Positions 9,797-19,484 of a stretch of DNA of 64,000 nt are shown piece by piece (the stretch's first letter is position 1; each line of letters starts with the position of its first letter). Location of the stretch: assembly GCA_964531785.1 (NCBI GenBank), contig CAZHFF010000001.1:293997-357996 (forward strand), written 5' to 3'. Made by a program: the position numbers and the translations under genes. Origin of the DNA: an uncultured Candidatus Saccharibacteria bacterium (lineage in GTDB: Bacteria; Patescibacteriota; Minisyncoccia; Phycocordibacterales; UBA12088). The notes beneath the pieces are model-generated. The model saw only the letters and a program-made list of their open reading frames with translations, did no database searches and was not told the origin of the DNA.

Positions 9797-9872
9797 TCCG
9801 TACGGGGGTGCCACCCTCACTGATTCTGCAGTTTTGACCTGCCAGGCTAAGCAGCGTACAATTCAGGAACGT

Positions 9873-11132
9873 ATGCGTCACGCCGCACTGTTCACCAGGA
9901 CACGCAAGGAAGCGCCCAAGGACGAGGTGGCTCGGAACGCCGAGCTTCTCATACGGGCGGGCTACATCCACAAAGAGATGGCTGGTGTGTACGTCTATTT
10001 GCCGCTCGGCATGAGGACGCTCGAGAAGATCAAGACGATCGTTCGGGAAGAGATGAACAAGATCGGCGGGCAGGAGCTCCTGATGAGCGTGCTCCAACGT
10101 AAAGAGGTGTGGGAGACGACCGATCGATGGGACGACGAGAACGTTGACGTCTGGTTCAAGACGAAGCTCAAGAACGGCACGGAGCTCGGCTTGGGTTGGT
10201 CACACGAGGAACCGATCACCGACATGATGCGGAACTTCATCACGAGCTATCGGGACCTGCCTATTTATGTCTACCAGTTCGAGACCAAGCTCAGGAACGA
10301 GCTTCGTGCCAAATCCGGCATCATGCGCGGGCGTGAGTTCCTCATGAAGGACATGTACTCGTACTCGGTCTCCGAAGAGGCGCACCAGCAGTTCTACCAA
10401 GCGGCCATCGAGGCGTACCATCGCGTTTTTGAGCGTGTGGGTATCGGTGACCGAACCTTCCTCACTTTCGCCTCAGGCGGGGCGTTCACCCAGTTCAGTC
10501 ACGAATTCCAAACGCTCACGCCGGTCGGCGAGGACACGGTCTATGTCCATCGTGAAAAGAAGCTTGCGATCAACAAGGAGGTCTACACGCCGGAGGTTCT
10601 CGCCCAGCTCGGAGTCGCGAGCGAAGATCTCGTTGAGGAGGTTGCTTCCGAGGTAGGTAATATCTTTAGCTTCGGTTCAGCAAAGTGTGAGCAGCTTGGA
10701 CTTTCGTTCAAGGACGAGTCGGGACACGACCAGCCCGTCATACTCGGCTCCTATGGCATTGGCATTACAAGGCTCATGGGGCTTTTGGTCGAACTCACCG
10801 CGACCGAGACCGGTTTTGTGTGGCCCGCAAGCGTCGCCCCGTTCTCACAACATTTGCTCCTGCTTGGGAACGAACCCTCGGTGCGACAAGCAGCCGATTC
10901 GCTCTACGCAGACCTCTGCGGGGCGGGAGTTGAGGTTCTCTATGATGATCGAGACGTGCGTGCAGGTGAGAAGTTCGCGGACAGTGACCTTATCGGGCTG
11001 CCTAGGCGTATCGTCGTGAGCAGTAAGTCGCTCGCGACCGACAGCTATGAGCTCACCGACCGAGCGACCGGTGTGACCGAGCTCGTACATAAAGCCGAGC
11101 TTCTTGCGCGTGTTGCTCGGACAAACCTGTAG
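9873..11132 (+). CDS. proS: prolyl-tRNA synthetase, short form without INS editing domain
   Basis: Bacterial-type N-terminus MRHAALFTRTRKEAP.., motif 2 RGREFLMKDMYSY, and a C-terminal anticodon-binding domain. About 419 aa. ATG 9873 lies inside track ORF 9738-11132. Confidence 0.9.
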   Translation: MRHAALFTRTRKEAPKDEVARNAELLIRAGYIHKEMAGVYVYLPLGMRTLEKIKTIVREEMNKIGGQELLMSVLQRKEVWETTDRWDDENVDVWFKTKLKNGTELGLGWSHEEPITDMMRNFITSYRDLPIYVYQFETKLRNELRAKSGIMRGREFLMKDMYSYSVSEEAHQQFYQAAIEAYHRVFERVGIGDRTFLTFASGGAFTQFSHEFQTLTPVGEDTVYVHREKKLAINKEVYTPEVLAQLGVASEDLVEEVASEVGNIFSFGSAKCEQLGLSFKDESGHDQPVILGSYGIGITRLMGLLVELTATETGFVWPASVAPFSQHLLLLGNEPSVRQAADSLYADLCGAGVEVLYDDRDVRAGEKFADSDLIGLPRRIVVSSKSLATDSYELTDRATGVTELVHKAELLARVARTNL

Positions 11133-11146
11133 CAGCCTCACCGATC

Positions 11147-12205
11147 ATGCTTTCTTACGTCTACAAACCGTTCTCGAACGATATTGGTATCGACCTGGGG
11201 ACCGCAAACACGCTCGTGTATCTGCGCGGCAAGGGTATCATCATTAACGAACCGTCCGTGGTCGCGATCAATCAAAAGACCGGACAAGTGGTGGCCGTGG
11301 GGAAGAGCGCGAAGGAAATGCTCGGCAGAACGCCGCAACACATACGCGCAGTGCGTCCTCTAGTGAACGGCGTGGTCTCTGATTACGAGGTCACTGAGCA
11401 AATGCTCAAGTACTTCCTCGCCAAGGCGCAACAGGGTACCAGGGCGTTCTTCGGTCCGCGTGTTGTGATCGGCGTTCCTTCAGGGATCACGAACGTCGAG
11501 AGCCGCGCGGTGCGGGACGCCGCGCACAGTGCAGGCGCTCGCGAGGTGTACATTGTTGAAGAACCGATAGCAGCGGCGATCGGCATGCGACTGCCCATCC
11601 ATGAGCCGCGCGGCAGTATGGTCGTCGATATCGGCGGCGGGACCACAGACATAGCGGTGATAGCCCTCAATGGGCTAGTCCGTTCAAAGAACCTCCATGT
11701 CGCCGGCGACCATTTGAACGCGGATATCGTCGCCTACATACGGAACGAGTTCAAAGTGGTGATCGGAGAGCGTACCGCCGAACAGCTTAAACATGCGGTT
11801 TGTTCGATGCTCGAGGATGCTCCCAGTATGGAGGCACGCGTTCGTGGGCGTGACCTGGTCACCGGGCTTCCCAAGGAGGTGATCATTACCGATGAGGATA
11901 TACGCGAAGCGATAGCGGGCAGTATCGATAGTCTGGTCGAATCGATACGTGAGGTGCTGGAGCACACGCCACCTGAAGTGGTGGCGGACGTGATGCAGGT
12001 AGGGATACACCTGACCGGCGGCGGTGCGCTCATGCGTGGCGTTCCTGAACTGTTGGAAACGCTCCTGGAACTGCCGATCAATAAAGCGAACGATCCGCTC
12101 ACCTCAGTCGTTCGGGGTGCTGGTACCATCGTCGAGACCCTCGAGGGCTATGGCGAGGTACTGCTCGACGAAGATGCACTCCCCGATTTCATCACAGCGC
12201 AGTAA
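11147..12205 (+). CDS. mreB: rod shape-determining actin homolog MreB
   Basis: IGIDLGTANTLVY, DIGGGTTDIAV and LTGGGALMRG phosphate and adenosine motifs. Confidence 0.9.
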   Translation: MLSYVYKPFSNDIGIDLGTANTLVYLRGKGIIINEPSVVAINQKTGQVVAVGKSAKEMLGRTPQHIRAVRPLVNGVVSDYEVTEQMLKYFLAKAQQGTRAFFGPRVVIGVPSGITNVESRAVRDAAHSAGAREVYIVEEPIAAAIGMRLPIHEPRGSMVVDIGGGTTDIAVIALNGLVRSKNLHVAGDHLNADIVAYIRNEFKVVIGERTAEQLKHAVCSMLEDAPSMEARVRGRDLVTGLPKEVIITDEDIREAIAGSIDSLVESIREVLEHTPPEVVADVMQVGIHLTGGGALMRGVPELLETLLELPINKANDPLTSVVRGAGTIVETLEGYGEVLLDEDALPDFITAQ

Positions 12206-13037
12206 GCGTAAGTTGTTCGTGGGCGCGCTCGGCGTGCTCGCGGCCGCCTTTCTTGTTGTGATCCTGGGTCAGGCTGTGCCCGGCCCCATCCGCTCGGTCG
12301 CGCTCACCCTCGGAAAGCCGGTCTGGCATGTCGCGGAGCTTGGGCGCAGTCTAGTTGCGTCGGTCCAGGGGTTCGGACAGAGCAACAACCAGCTTGCTGC
12401 CGAGAACGCAGCGCTCGTCGAGGAGCTTCATGAGCTCCGAAGGAGCACGTTCATGGCGCGAAGCGGCTCCTTGGCCGGTGAGGCACGCGTGATGTCTCCT
12501 GACCAGGCACATGCCATACCTGCCTCCGTGCTCGTTTCCGACAAGGTCGCTCCGTTCGATCTGCTCGTGGTCGATCGTGGCACGAACGATGGTGTTTCGG
12601 CAGGAGCTCTGGTCGTCACCGAGGAGGGGTATGCGGTCGGTTCGGTCTGGTATGTTGCAGCCTCCACTGCCGGGGTGCGCATGTTCTCTGCGACCGGTGC
12701 ACTGACCGGACTGTACCTTACCGATAGAGCTACAAGTACGCTGCACTTGACCGTGCATGGACGCGGTAGTGGTACGCTGATGGCGCGTGTTCCGCGTGAC
12801 CAGCCTGTCGGTCCGAATGATGTGCTCATGCTGCCTGGCGATAGATGGATCGAAGTCGCTAATGTTGTGCATGTTGAGAACGAACCGGAAGCAGCTTACA
12901 AAGTGCTGGTCGCACGTCTCCATGCGCAGAGCCGTCAGCTTCGCTCGGTCCTCATACTCCCCGACCACACCTGGCAGACGGACCCAGGTTTCGTGGACAT
13001 GCTGTTACAAGAACACGCCACAAGCACCGATGAGTAA
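12174..13037 (+). CDS. mreC: rod shape-determining protein MreC
   Basis: It sits directly after mreB, with a basic N-terminus plus TM helix (KRKLFVGALGVLAAAFLVVIL), a coiled-coil (LAAENAALVEELHELR) and a beta-rich C-terminal part. The start is ambiguous: ATG 12174 overlaps mreB, with TTG 12213 and GTG 12219 as alternatives. Confidence 0.7.
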   Translation: MHSPISSQRSKRKLFVGALGVLAAAFLVVILGQAVPGPIRSVALTLGKPVWHVAELGRSLVASVQGFGQSNNQLAAENAALVEELHELRRSTFMARSGSLAGEARVMSPDQAHAIPASVLVSDKVAPFDLLVVDRGTNDGVSAGALVVTEEGYAVGSVWYVAASTAGVRMFSATGALTGLYLTDRATSTLHLTVHGRGSGTLMARVPRDQPVGPNDVLMLPGDRWIEVANVVHVENEPEAAYKVLVARLHAQSRQLRSVLILPDHTWQTDPGFVDMLLQEHATSTDE

Positions 13038-13329
13038 CATGTCGTTCGGGACCTTGCCAGATCACTCCCGGCGTAAGCCGCCGTACCTGCGCATCGCTCT
13101 TGCATGCGTAGCCTATGTTGGAGTGTTCATGGTTCCGTGGTGGATCAGCGCGCCCTTTCTGTTGGCTACGATCGCGTACTTCGGCCATCCTGAACTTTTG
13201 GGCGCAGCGCTCCTGTTCGACGGGCTCTTTGGTGTGCCAGGCACCTGGTTCCGTACTGAGCTCTTGCTCACGACGGGTGCGCTCCTTGCTTTCGCGCTCC
13301 ATTTGCTCGCGCGCGCTCTACGATCATGA
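13030..13329 (+). CDS. small membrane protein in the MreD position
   Basis: A 99-aa ORF with 3 hydrophobic helices. Its ATG overlaps the mreC stop region and its stop overlaps the PBP2 start (ATGA). The MreD call rests on synteny only. Confidence 0.4.
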   Translation: MSNMSFGTLPDHSRRKPPYLRIALACVAYVGVFMVPWWISAPFLLATIAYFGHPELLGAALLFDGLFGVPGTWFRTELLLTTGALLAFALHLLARALRS

Positions 13330-15020
13330 GCTGGTTCCGACGAAAGACCAGGAGTGCTACGACCGTCGAGATCTCACCAGACGAGATCCTGATCGATGCG
13401 AGCAACCTTCCGCATTTCGACGCTGGACGTCTGGAAGGCCGTATCGACAGGCCTATTTCAGGCCGTGCGCTTGTCATACTTTGGTCGTTGGTTGCGCTAG
13501 CCATGGTGGTGTTCTTGGGGCGCAGTATCGAGCTCATGGCGGTCCACGGCGCCCGGTATGCGCAGCTCTCGGAGAACAATCGACTCGAGTACGCGCCGGT
13601 CATTGCCGAACGTGGTATCATCTACGACCGGAATGGTGTTGAACTCGCATGGAACGTGCCACATACGGTCGGCGGCGTTGCAGAAGCATTTGCCGAACGG
13701 GCATACATCACCGCGACCGGCAGTGCGCACGTGCTCGGGTACGTGCGTCTGCCTGCCCGCGATGCAAAAGGACTGCTCTATAGCACGAGTACCGAAGGCG
13801 TGTCCGGTGCTGAGCTGGCGTTCGATGACGTGTTGCGCGGTGTGAACGGTAAGCGTATCGTCGAGACCGACGCTCGTCTTTCCGTGGTAAGTTCAGGCGT
13901 GCTCGTGCCCCCGGTTCCAGGCAAGGCGGTCACGCTCAGTATCGACTCGCGCTTACAAAGCGGGCTCCACGAGGCGATACGGAACCTGGCAGAGCGCATA
14001 CCTTTTGCGGGCGGTGCCGGTGTCATCATGGACGTGCATACTGGTGAGATCCTTGCCATGACAAGTTACCCGGAGTACAGCGCGAACGCACTTGTGTCAC
14101 GTGATGCCGACCGGGTACAGGCGTACGCGAACGATGCGCGCACGCCCTACCTTAATCGTGTCTTGAGCGGCCAGTACACCCCTGGAAGCATCGTGAAGCC
14201 CTACGTTGCTGCTGCTGCGCTCGCCGAGGGTATCGTGCGCCCTGAGACCACGTTCGTGTCGACAGGCGCACTATACGTGCCTAATCCATACAATCCCGGA
14301 CGATTCTCGACATTCACCGACTGGAAGGCACACGGCACGGTTGATGTCAGACGCGCACTGGCCGTATCTTCGAACGTCTACTTCTACTATGTGGGCGGTG
14401 GTTTCGGGGGGCAAAATGGTCTCGGCATCAGCAGGATCGTACAGTACGCTAAGTACTTCGGCTTTGGCGAGTCGACCGGGATCGAGATCGGAGGGGAAGT
14501 AGTCGGCGTGGTCCCGTCGCCTGAATGGAAAGCGAAGGTCTTTGACGATCCTGACTGGCGGCTTGGCGACACCTACAACAGTGCTATCGGTCAGTATGGT
14601 TGGCAGACCACGCCGCTCCAAGCGGTGCGTGCCGTAGCAGCGATAGCGAATGGCGGCACCTTGGTCACACCGACCATCCAGCTCGGAAAAACGTCGGTCA
14701 ACCGTAGAATACCGATACGAGACGACGTGCTCAGGACGGTTCGTGAAGGTATGCGACAAGGTGCGCTCTATGGGACCGCCTCGGGACTGAACGTGCCCTA
14801 TGTAGAGCTCGCCGGCAAAACAGGGACCGCAGAGCTGGGGAGCAACAAGGCGTTCGTGCACTCGTGGGTCACCGGATTCTGGCCTTACGAGGAGCCACGG
14901 TACGCGTTCGTTATTATGATGGAACGCGGACCGCGCAGTAATCTGTACGGTGCGACAGGTGCGGCGCGGGCATTCTTTGATTGGGCGCACAGCGAGGATC
15001 TGCCCTACCTCGAACCGTAG
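13326..15020 (+). CDS. mrdA: penicillin-binding protein 2 (elongation transpeptidase)
   Basis: N-terminal TM anchor, with SxxK (GSIVKPY), SxN (VSSNVYF) and KTG (GKTGTAE) motifs in order. It follows mreBCD. Confidence 0.85.
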   Translation: MSWFRRKTRSATTVEISPDEILIDASNLPHFDAGRLEGRIDRPISGRALVILWSLVALAMVVFLGRSIELMAVHGARYAQLSENNRLEYAPVIAERGIIYDRNGVELAWNVPHTVGGVAEAFAERAYITATGSAHVLGYVRLPARDAKGLLYSTSTEGVSGAELAFDDVLRGVNGKRIVETDARLSVVSSGVLVPPVPGKAVTLSIDSRLQSGLHEAIRNLAERIPFAGGAGVIMDVHTGEILAMTSYPEYSANALVSRDADRVQAYANDARTPYLNRVLSGQYTPGSIVKPYVAAAALAEGIVRPETTFVSTGALYVPNPYNPGRFSTFTDWKAHGTVDVRRALAVSSNVYFYYVGGGFGGQNGLGISRIVQYAKYFGFGESTGIEIGGEVVGVVPSPEWKAKVFDDPDWRLGDTYNSAIGQYGWQTTPLQAVRAVAAIANGGTLVTPTIQLGKTSVNRRIPIRDDVLRTVREGMRQGALYGTASGLNVPYVELAGKTGTAELGSNKAFVHSWVTGFWPYEEPRYAFVIMMERGPRSNLYGATGAARAFFDWAHSEDLPYLEP

Positions 15021-15106
15021 ACATAACGAAGGGTTGGGGAAAATGGCACTCGTTGTCGGGCTTGAGAGTGCATGCTATAGTATCGCCAATCTCTAATTAT
15101 TTTGCT

Positions 15107-15574
15107 ATGCCCGAGGAAACCGAGTTTTTGTCCCAAGAGAAGTACGACGAACTGAAGAAAGAGCTTTCCTACCTGACAACGACACGTCGTCGCGAAATAG
15201 CAGAGAGTCTCGACTATGCCCGTTCGCTGGGCGACCTGTCGGAGAATGCTGAGTATGCCGAAGCGCGCGATCTACAAGCTGCGACCGAAGAGCGTATCCG
15301 TAAGCTCGAGACGATCCTTAAGAGCGCCACGATCCTCACCCACAAAAAGACGGACACGGTATCGCTCGGGTCGAAGGTCACCATACAAAAACTGGGCGAC
15401 AAGGATACCCATACCTACACGATAGTCGGCAGCGAGGAGACCAATATGCTCGAGTGCAAGCTTTCGCACCTCTCACCGCTCGGTGAAGCGCTCATGGGTA
15501 AGAAAAAGAACGAAGAGTTCACCTTTCAGACGCCGAGCGGTCGGCAAAAGTACCGCGTCATGGCGGTAGAGTAG
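15107..15574 (+). CDS. greA: transcription elongation factor GreA
   Basis: YDELKKEL..., GDLSENAEYAEARD coiled-coil tip, and a C-terminal FKBP-like domain. ATG 15107 lies inside track ORF 14981-15574. Confidence 0.9.
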   Translation: MPEETEFLSQEKYDELKKELSYLTTTRRREIAESLDYARSLGDLSENAEYAEARDLQAATEERIRKLETILKSATILTHKKTDTVSLGSKVTIQKLGDKDTHTYTIVGSEETNMLECKLSHLSPLGEALMGKKKNEEFTFQTPSGRQKYRVMAVE

Positions 15575-15702
15575 TGCTGTTGTGCACCCCAAGTACGTTG
15601 TATTGTTTTCCGATACTCGACCTCCTCGAACGCCATGACCTCATAGAAATTGTCCCGAAGCCATTAACCTAGGTATGTGTCGCGACGCTCCGGGCCGCGC
15701 AA

Positions 15703-17907
15703 TTATTCGCTCGATATCTTTGCTCGACCACGGCGGCCGGTTTTTTTCGGCTCTCTAAGTATTTCGAGCGCACGGGGAAGTTCGATCGTGTACACGTCAT
15801 CCGTCTTGAGCGAGCGAAAATCTTTCTGGTGCACGATGAACGGCCCGAAGCGGCCGACCGACGCGGTGATAGTGTCACCGGTTTCAGGATGTGTGCCGAG
15901 CAAGCGCGGTAGGGACAGGTAGGTAAGCGCATCCTCGAGCGTTACCGTCTGCGGATCCTTGCCCTTAGGGAGCGAAGCGCGCTTAGGTTTCTCTTTCTTT
16001 TTGCCCTTGATCTTCTCTTTGGCAGTCTTCGGGTCGCCAACCTGCACGTAAGGGCCGAACCGGCCTTCCATGACGAAGATGGGTTCGCCGGTCGGCGGGT
16101 AGGTACCGAGCGGCTTTTCCGGTTCAACCAACCTGCCATCGACCGTGCGCGCACCACTGCACTCAGGGAACCGCTTACAGCTCATGAACTTTCCGCTCAG
16201 GCCGAGCTTGAATTCCATCGGCCCGCTGCAGAGCGGACAGGCGAACTCTGCCGATACTTCGCCCAGGTTGGTGAGCTTCTCGATATCCTCTTTCGAAGCC
16301 ACCTCCTTGGCGAATGGTCCATAGAAGTTTGCTAGCGTCTTGGTGTACTCACGCTCCCCATTTGCGATCTCATCAAGTTCTTCTTCCATTTCTGCCGTGA
16401 ACGTGTCACTGATGTACTTCTTAAAATGTGTTTCGAGGAAGGAGCTCACCACATCACCCATGTCGGTGGGGATCAGTGTCTTGCCCTCCTTGTTCACATA
16501 CTGTCGATCAGCAAGGTTCTTCATGATCGATGCATAGGTAGAGGGGCGCCCGATACCACGCTTCTCGAGCTCTTTGACGAGCCCAGCCTCCGTGTATCGG
16601 TTGGGCGGTGTTGTCTGCTTACCTTCGGCAGAGAGCGAAACAAGGTCGAGCGAGTCACCGACCGTCACGTGGGGCACCTCGACATCTTCACCTCGCGCGT
16701 CAGGGTCAGCAAGGAGCCAACCTTCGTACACCACACGGCTCCCGGTCACGCTGAAATCAGGCACGCCGCGGCCTGCCGTGTTCGCAAGGATGCGAGTTCG
16801 CTGTATCCGAGCGGGTCGCATCTGGGACGCGACCGCCCGTGCCCAGATCAGCTTGTAGAGCCGCTTCTGCTCATCGGTGGTACCGGCTGACAACTTGAGG
16901 GGGTTCGAAGGGCGTATGGCTTCGTGCGCTTCTTGGGCGTTCTTGCTCCTGGTCTTGTATTGGACGGTCTCAGCATGCTCGGAACCGAAGTGCTTCGTGA
17001 CCGCAGCCCGGAGGCCACCGAGCGCCTGCTCCGACAGGTTGGTCGAGTCGGTGCGCATGTAGGTGATGTGACCTTGCTCGTAGAGCTTCTGAGCGATGCT
17101 CATGGTACGTGCTGGGGCGAACCCAAGACGTGTCGACGCGGCCTGCTGTAGCGTCGATGTCGTGAAGGGAGGGCGGGGAGCTCGGCGCTGCTCCTGTTCC
17201 TTTACATCGGTGACCTGCCACGCTTCACTCTGTCCGATGCGGAGTATCTCGTTCACCGCCTGCTCGTTCTTCGGCTCCTCGGTGCAGGTGAAGCCAAGCT
17301 CGACTCCTTGGGTCGTGCGGGTGCGGGCGGTCACGACCCAGTAGTCCTCAGGAACGAACGCACGGATCTCGCGCTCACGTTCCATAAGGATCCGCAACGC
17401 CGGCGATTGCACCCTGCCTGCTGACAATCCATAGCGCACCTTCTTCCAGATCAGGGCGGAGAGATCATACCCCACCAGGCGGTCGAGCACCCGGCGTGCT
17501 TCCTGTGCGCGTCGCAAGTGCTCATCAATATCGCGCGGGGTCGTTATCGCGCGCTGCACGGCCTCTTTGGTGATCTCATTGAACGTCACCCTTCTCGTTT
17601 TTTGCTTAGGGAGCTTGAGTGCCTCAAATATGTGCCAGGCGATCGCCTCACCTTCACGATCCGGGTCGGTCGCGAGCAACACCTCGTCAGCTTTCTTCGC
17701 GAGAGTCGCCAGTTCACCAAGAACCTTCTCTTTGCCTTTGACTACTTCGTAATGGGGAATGAAACCGCCCGCGATGTCGATCGCGTTCTTGTTGCTCTTT
17801 GGCAGGTCACGAACGTGGCCTACCGATGCTTTGACGGTATAGTCCTTGCCTAGGTACTTTTCTATGGTCTTTGCCTTTGCAGGACTTTCGACGATCACGA
17901 GCTTCAT
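15703..17907 (-). CDS. topA: DNA topoisomerase I
   Basis: Toprim N-terminus MKLVIVESPAKAKTIEKYLG, active-site region ITYMRTDS, one C4 zinc ribbon (CPLCSG...CKRFPEC), and a Lys-rich tail. ATG 17907 lies inside track ORF 15703-17976. Confidence 0.9.
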   Translation of the reverse strand: MKLVIVESPAKAKTIEKYLGKDYTVKASVGHVRDLPKSNKNAIDIAGGFIPHYEVVKGKEKVLGELATLAKKADEVLLATDPDREGEAIAWHIFEALKLPKQKTRRVTFNEITKEAVQRAITTPRDIDEHLRRAQEARRVLDRLVGYDLSALIWKKVRYGLSAGRVQSPALRILMEREREIRAFVPEDYWVVTARTRTTQGVELGFTCTEEPKNEQAVNEILRIGQSEAWQVTDVKEQEQRRAPRPPFTTSTLQQAASTRLGFAPARTMSIAQKLYEQGHITYMRTDSTNLSEQALGGLRAAVTKHFGSEHAETVQYKTRSKNAQEAHEAIRPSNPLKLSAGTTDEQKRLYKLIWARAVASQMRPARIQRTRILANTAGRGVPDFSVTGSRVVYEGWLLADPDARGEDVEVPHVTVGDSLDLVSLSAEGKQTTPPNRYTEAGLVKELEKRGIGRPSTYASIMKNLADRQYVNKEGKTLIPTDMGDVVSSFLETHFKKYISDTFTAEMEEELDEIANGEREYTKTLANFYGPFAKEVASKEDIEKLTNLGEVSAEFACPLCSGPMEFKLGLSGKFMSCKRFPECSGARTVDGRLVEPEKPLGTYPPTGEPIFVMEGRFGPYVQVGDPKTAKEKIKGKKKEKPKRASLPKGKDPQTVTLEDALTYLSLPRLLGTHPETGDTITASVGRFGPFIVHQKDFRSLKTDDVYTIELPRALEILREPKKTGRRGRAKISSE

Positions 17908-17950
17908 ACGATGTGGTGCATACAAGTACCACACACTGTACCATACGGCA

Positions 17951-17987
17951 ACAACCGCAAACAGAACGGACCGCACAGGGCGGTCCG
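17951..17987 (-). terminator. intrinsic terminator after the dprA-hypothetical pair
   Basis: An 8-bp GC stem (17967-17974 / 17980-17987) with a 5-nt loop, followed on the minus strand by ttctgttt. It lies 5 nt after the stop at 17992. Confidence 0.5.
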
Positions 17988-17991
17988 GAGT

Positions 17992-18537
17992 TTAGCGGAG
18001 CGGTAGTCGTGTGTCAGGTCCACCGTCGCCGATCCTGCTCGTTCGAGCAAGGTCGAGCACGATCTGTGTGCCGTCTTCGGCAAGGGCGAACCAGAGCGTT
18101 GTAGAGGGACCGATCAGTGTTCTGATCGCACCCGTATTGGGTATACGGCTTAAGCCGAAACAGAGCGTCTCCTGCACGATCCAACCGACGTACCAGGTGC
18201 CGCATGGGCCTCTCGGCACCAGTACCGCACAGGTCTTCCAGTTGGAGAGCCACGGAATATGGGACCAGGGTGCCCTGACCGTACGCGCATGCGGGTCGCC
18301 CTCGTGGATAGCCATTCTGCTGTGGTCGAGGACGAGCGTTTGGTCCTCGGTCAGTCGCATGTTATTCCACCAGCGGGTGCTCTGGGGCACTTCGAACGGA
18401 TGCCCGGACCACAGCCGCGCGATGGGCATGAGCAGTGCATCGGTCGTTCTGCCGCAGGTACCCTGGGGCCGAACGACGATCTGGGGGAGTTTTGTCACGA
18501 GCGCCTCCTCTTCGCGTGCCTTACTAGACAGTGACAC
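17992..18537 (-). CDS. hypothetical Trp-rich protein between dprA and topA
   Basis: A 181-aa ORF with strong third-position GC bias on the minus strand. Its GTG start lies 4 nt after the dprA stop, and its own terminator follows. I recognise no domain. Confidence 0.55.
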   Translation of the reverse strand: MSLSSKAREEEALVTKLPQIVVRPQGTCGRTTDALLMPIARLWSGHPFEVPQSTRWWNNMRLTEDQTLVLDHSRMAIHEGDPHARTVRAPWSHIPWLSNWKTCAVLVPRGPCGTWYVGWIVQETLCFGLSRIPNTGAIRTLIGPSTTLWFALAEDGTQIVLDLARTSRIGDGGPDTRLPLR

Positions 18538-18541
18538 GAAA

Positions 18542-19405
18542 TTACCGAATGGTCAACTTACCGCACACCTCTTGTACCGCTCCCCTGAGCTCGAGGCTCG
18601 CCAGTGTGACATTGAGTGCGGAAACCTCCATGCCGGAGGTTCGGATGAGCTCATCGCGCGACAGGGGTGCGTTTCGGAGCTGCGTTATGACCCGTGTCTC
18701 GTCGGGCGAGAGGTCAAAGTGCTCGGGTGCTGCGCATTCGTGGCGAGGTAGGTCGAGCGCTGCAAGGATATCGTCACTTGTTTCGATGAGCGCCGCGCCA
18801 TTCTTGATGAGCATGTGTGGTCCGTGCGTCGTTTCCATGTGTATAGGACCTGGAACGGCGAGGACATCGCGGTTGTACTCACCTGCGAGCCGGGCGGTGA
18901 TCAGTGTACCGCTCCTCGGTGTCGCTTCGATAACGAGCACCGCATGGCAGAGACCGGCCATAATGCGATTCCTGCGCGGGAAGTATTCCGGCCGTGCGCG
19001 GGTACGGGGTGGAAATTCTGATACAAGAGCGCCGTTCTGCTCGAGTATCTCCCGCGCGAGGCCGCGATGTGCTGCGGGATAGAGCACTGACGGATCAATG
19101 CCTGAGCCGGGTACCGCTACCGTAACTAGACGGGCATGCAATGCAGCACGATGGGCTATGCCGTCGATGCCGAGCGCGAGTCCGGAAACGATACAGACGG
19201 GGTAACCAGAGAGACCGTCGATCAACCGCTCGCACACCGCTCTACCGTATGGTGAATATTTTCGGGACCCTACGACCGCAAGAAGCTTGGTCGTGTGTGG
19301 GCTGGGTAGCGATCCTCGGATGTAGAGACTTTGCGGCGGGTCCGGTATCTCTGTAAGGAGCGAATCCAGCGATCCGATCTGTACCTGAACCGTATCTCTG
19401 TTCAT
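18542..19405 (-). CDS. dprA: DNA processing protein DprA/Smf
   Basis: LAVVGSRKYSPYGR and SGLALGIDGIAHRAAL Rossmann-like DprA blocks, plus a C-terminal winged-helix-like tail. ATG 19405 is preceded by TGcTACACT-N7. Confidence 0.85.
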   Translation of the reverse strand: MNRDTVQVQIGSLDSLLTEIPDPPQSLYIRGSLPSPHTTKLLAVVGSRKYSPYGRAVCERLIDGLSGYPVCIVSGLALGIDGIAHRAALHARLVTVAVPGSGIDPSVLYPAAHRGLAREILEQNGALVSEFPPRTRARPEYFPRRNRIMAGLCHAVLVIEATPRSGTLITARLAGEYNRDVLAVPGPIHMETTHGPHMLIKNGAALIETSDDILAALDLPRHECAAPEHFDLSPDETRVITQLRNAPLSRDELIRTSGMEVSALNVTLASLELRGAVQEVCGKLTIR

Positions 19406-19412
19406 ACGCACC

Positions 19413-19421
19413 AGTGTAGCA
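19413..19421 (-). promoter_or_regulatory. extended -10 box TGcTACACT, 7 nt upstream of dprA ATG
   Basis: The reverse complement of 19403-19421 reads TGCTACACTggtgcgtATG. Confidence 0.45.
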
Positions 19422-19484
19422 CCTGTTCAAGCAGACAGCGGTCACATGCTTGCTTTTGTGGGGGACACAGCGCACAATATACCT

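Noticed and set aside
18011-18751. A 246-aa plus-strand ORF overlapping the dprA 3' end and the hypothetical gene.
   Set aside because: It overlaps the clearly homologous dprA on the opposite strand. Third-position GC bias and operon logic (start 4 nt after the dprA stop, terminator after its own stop) favour the minus-strand ORF 17992-18537.
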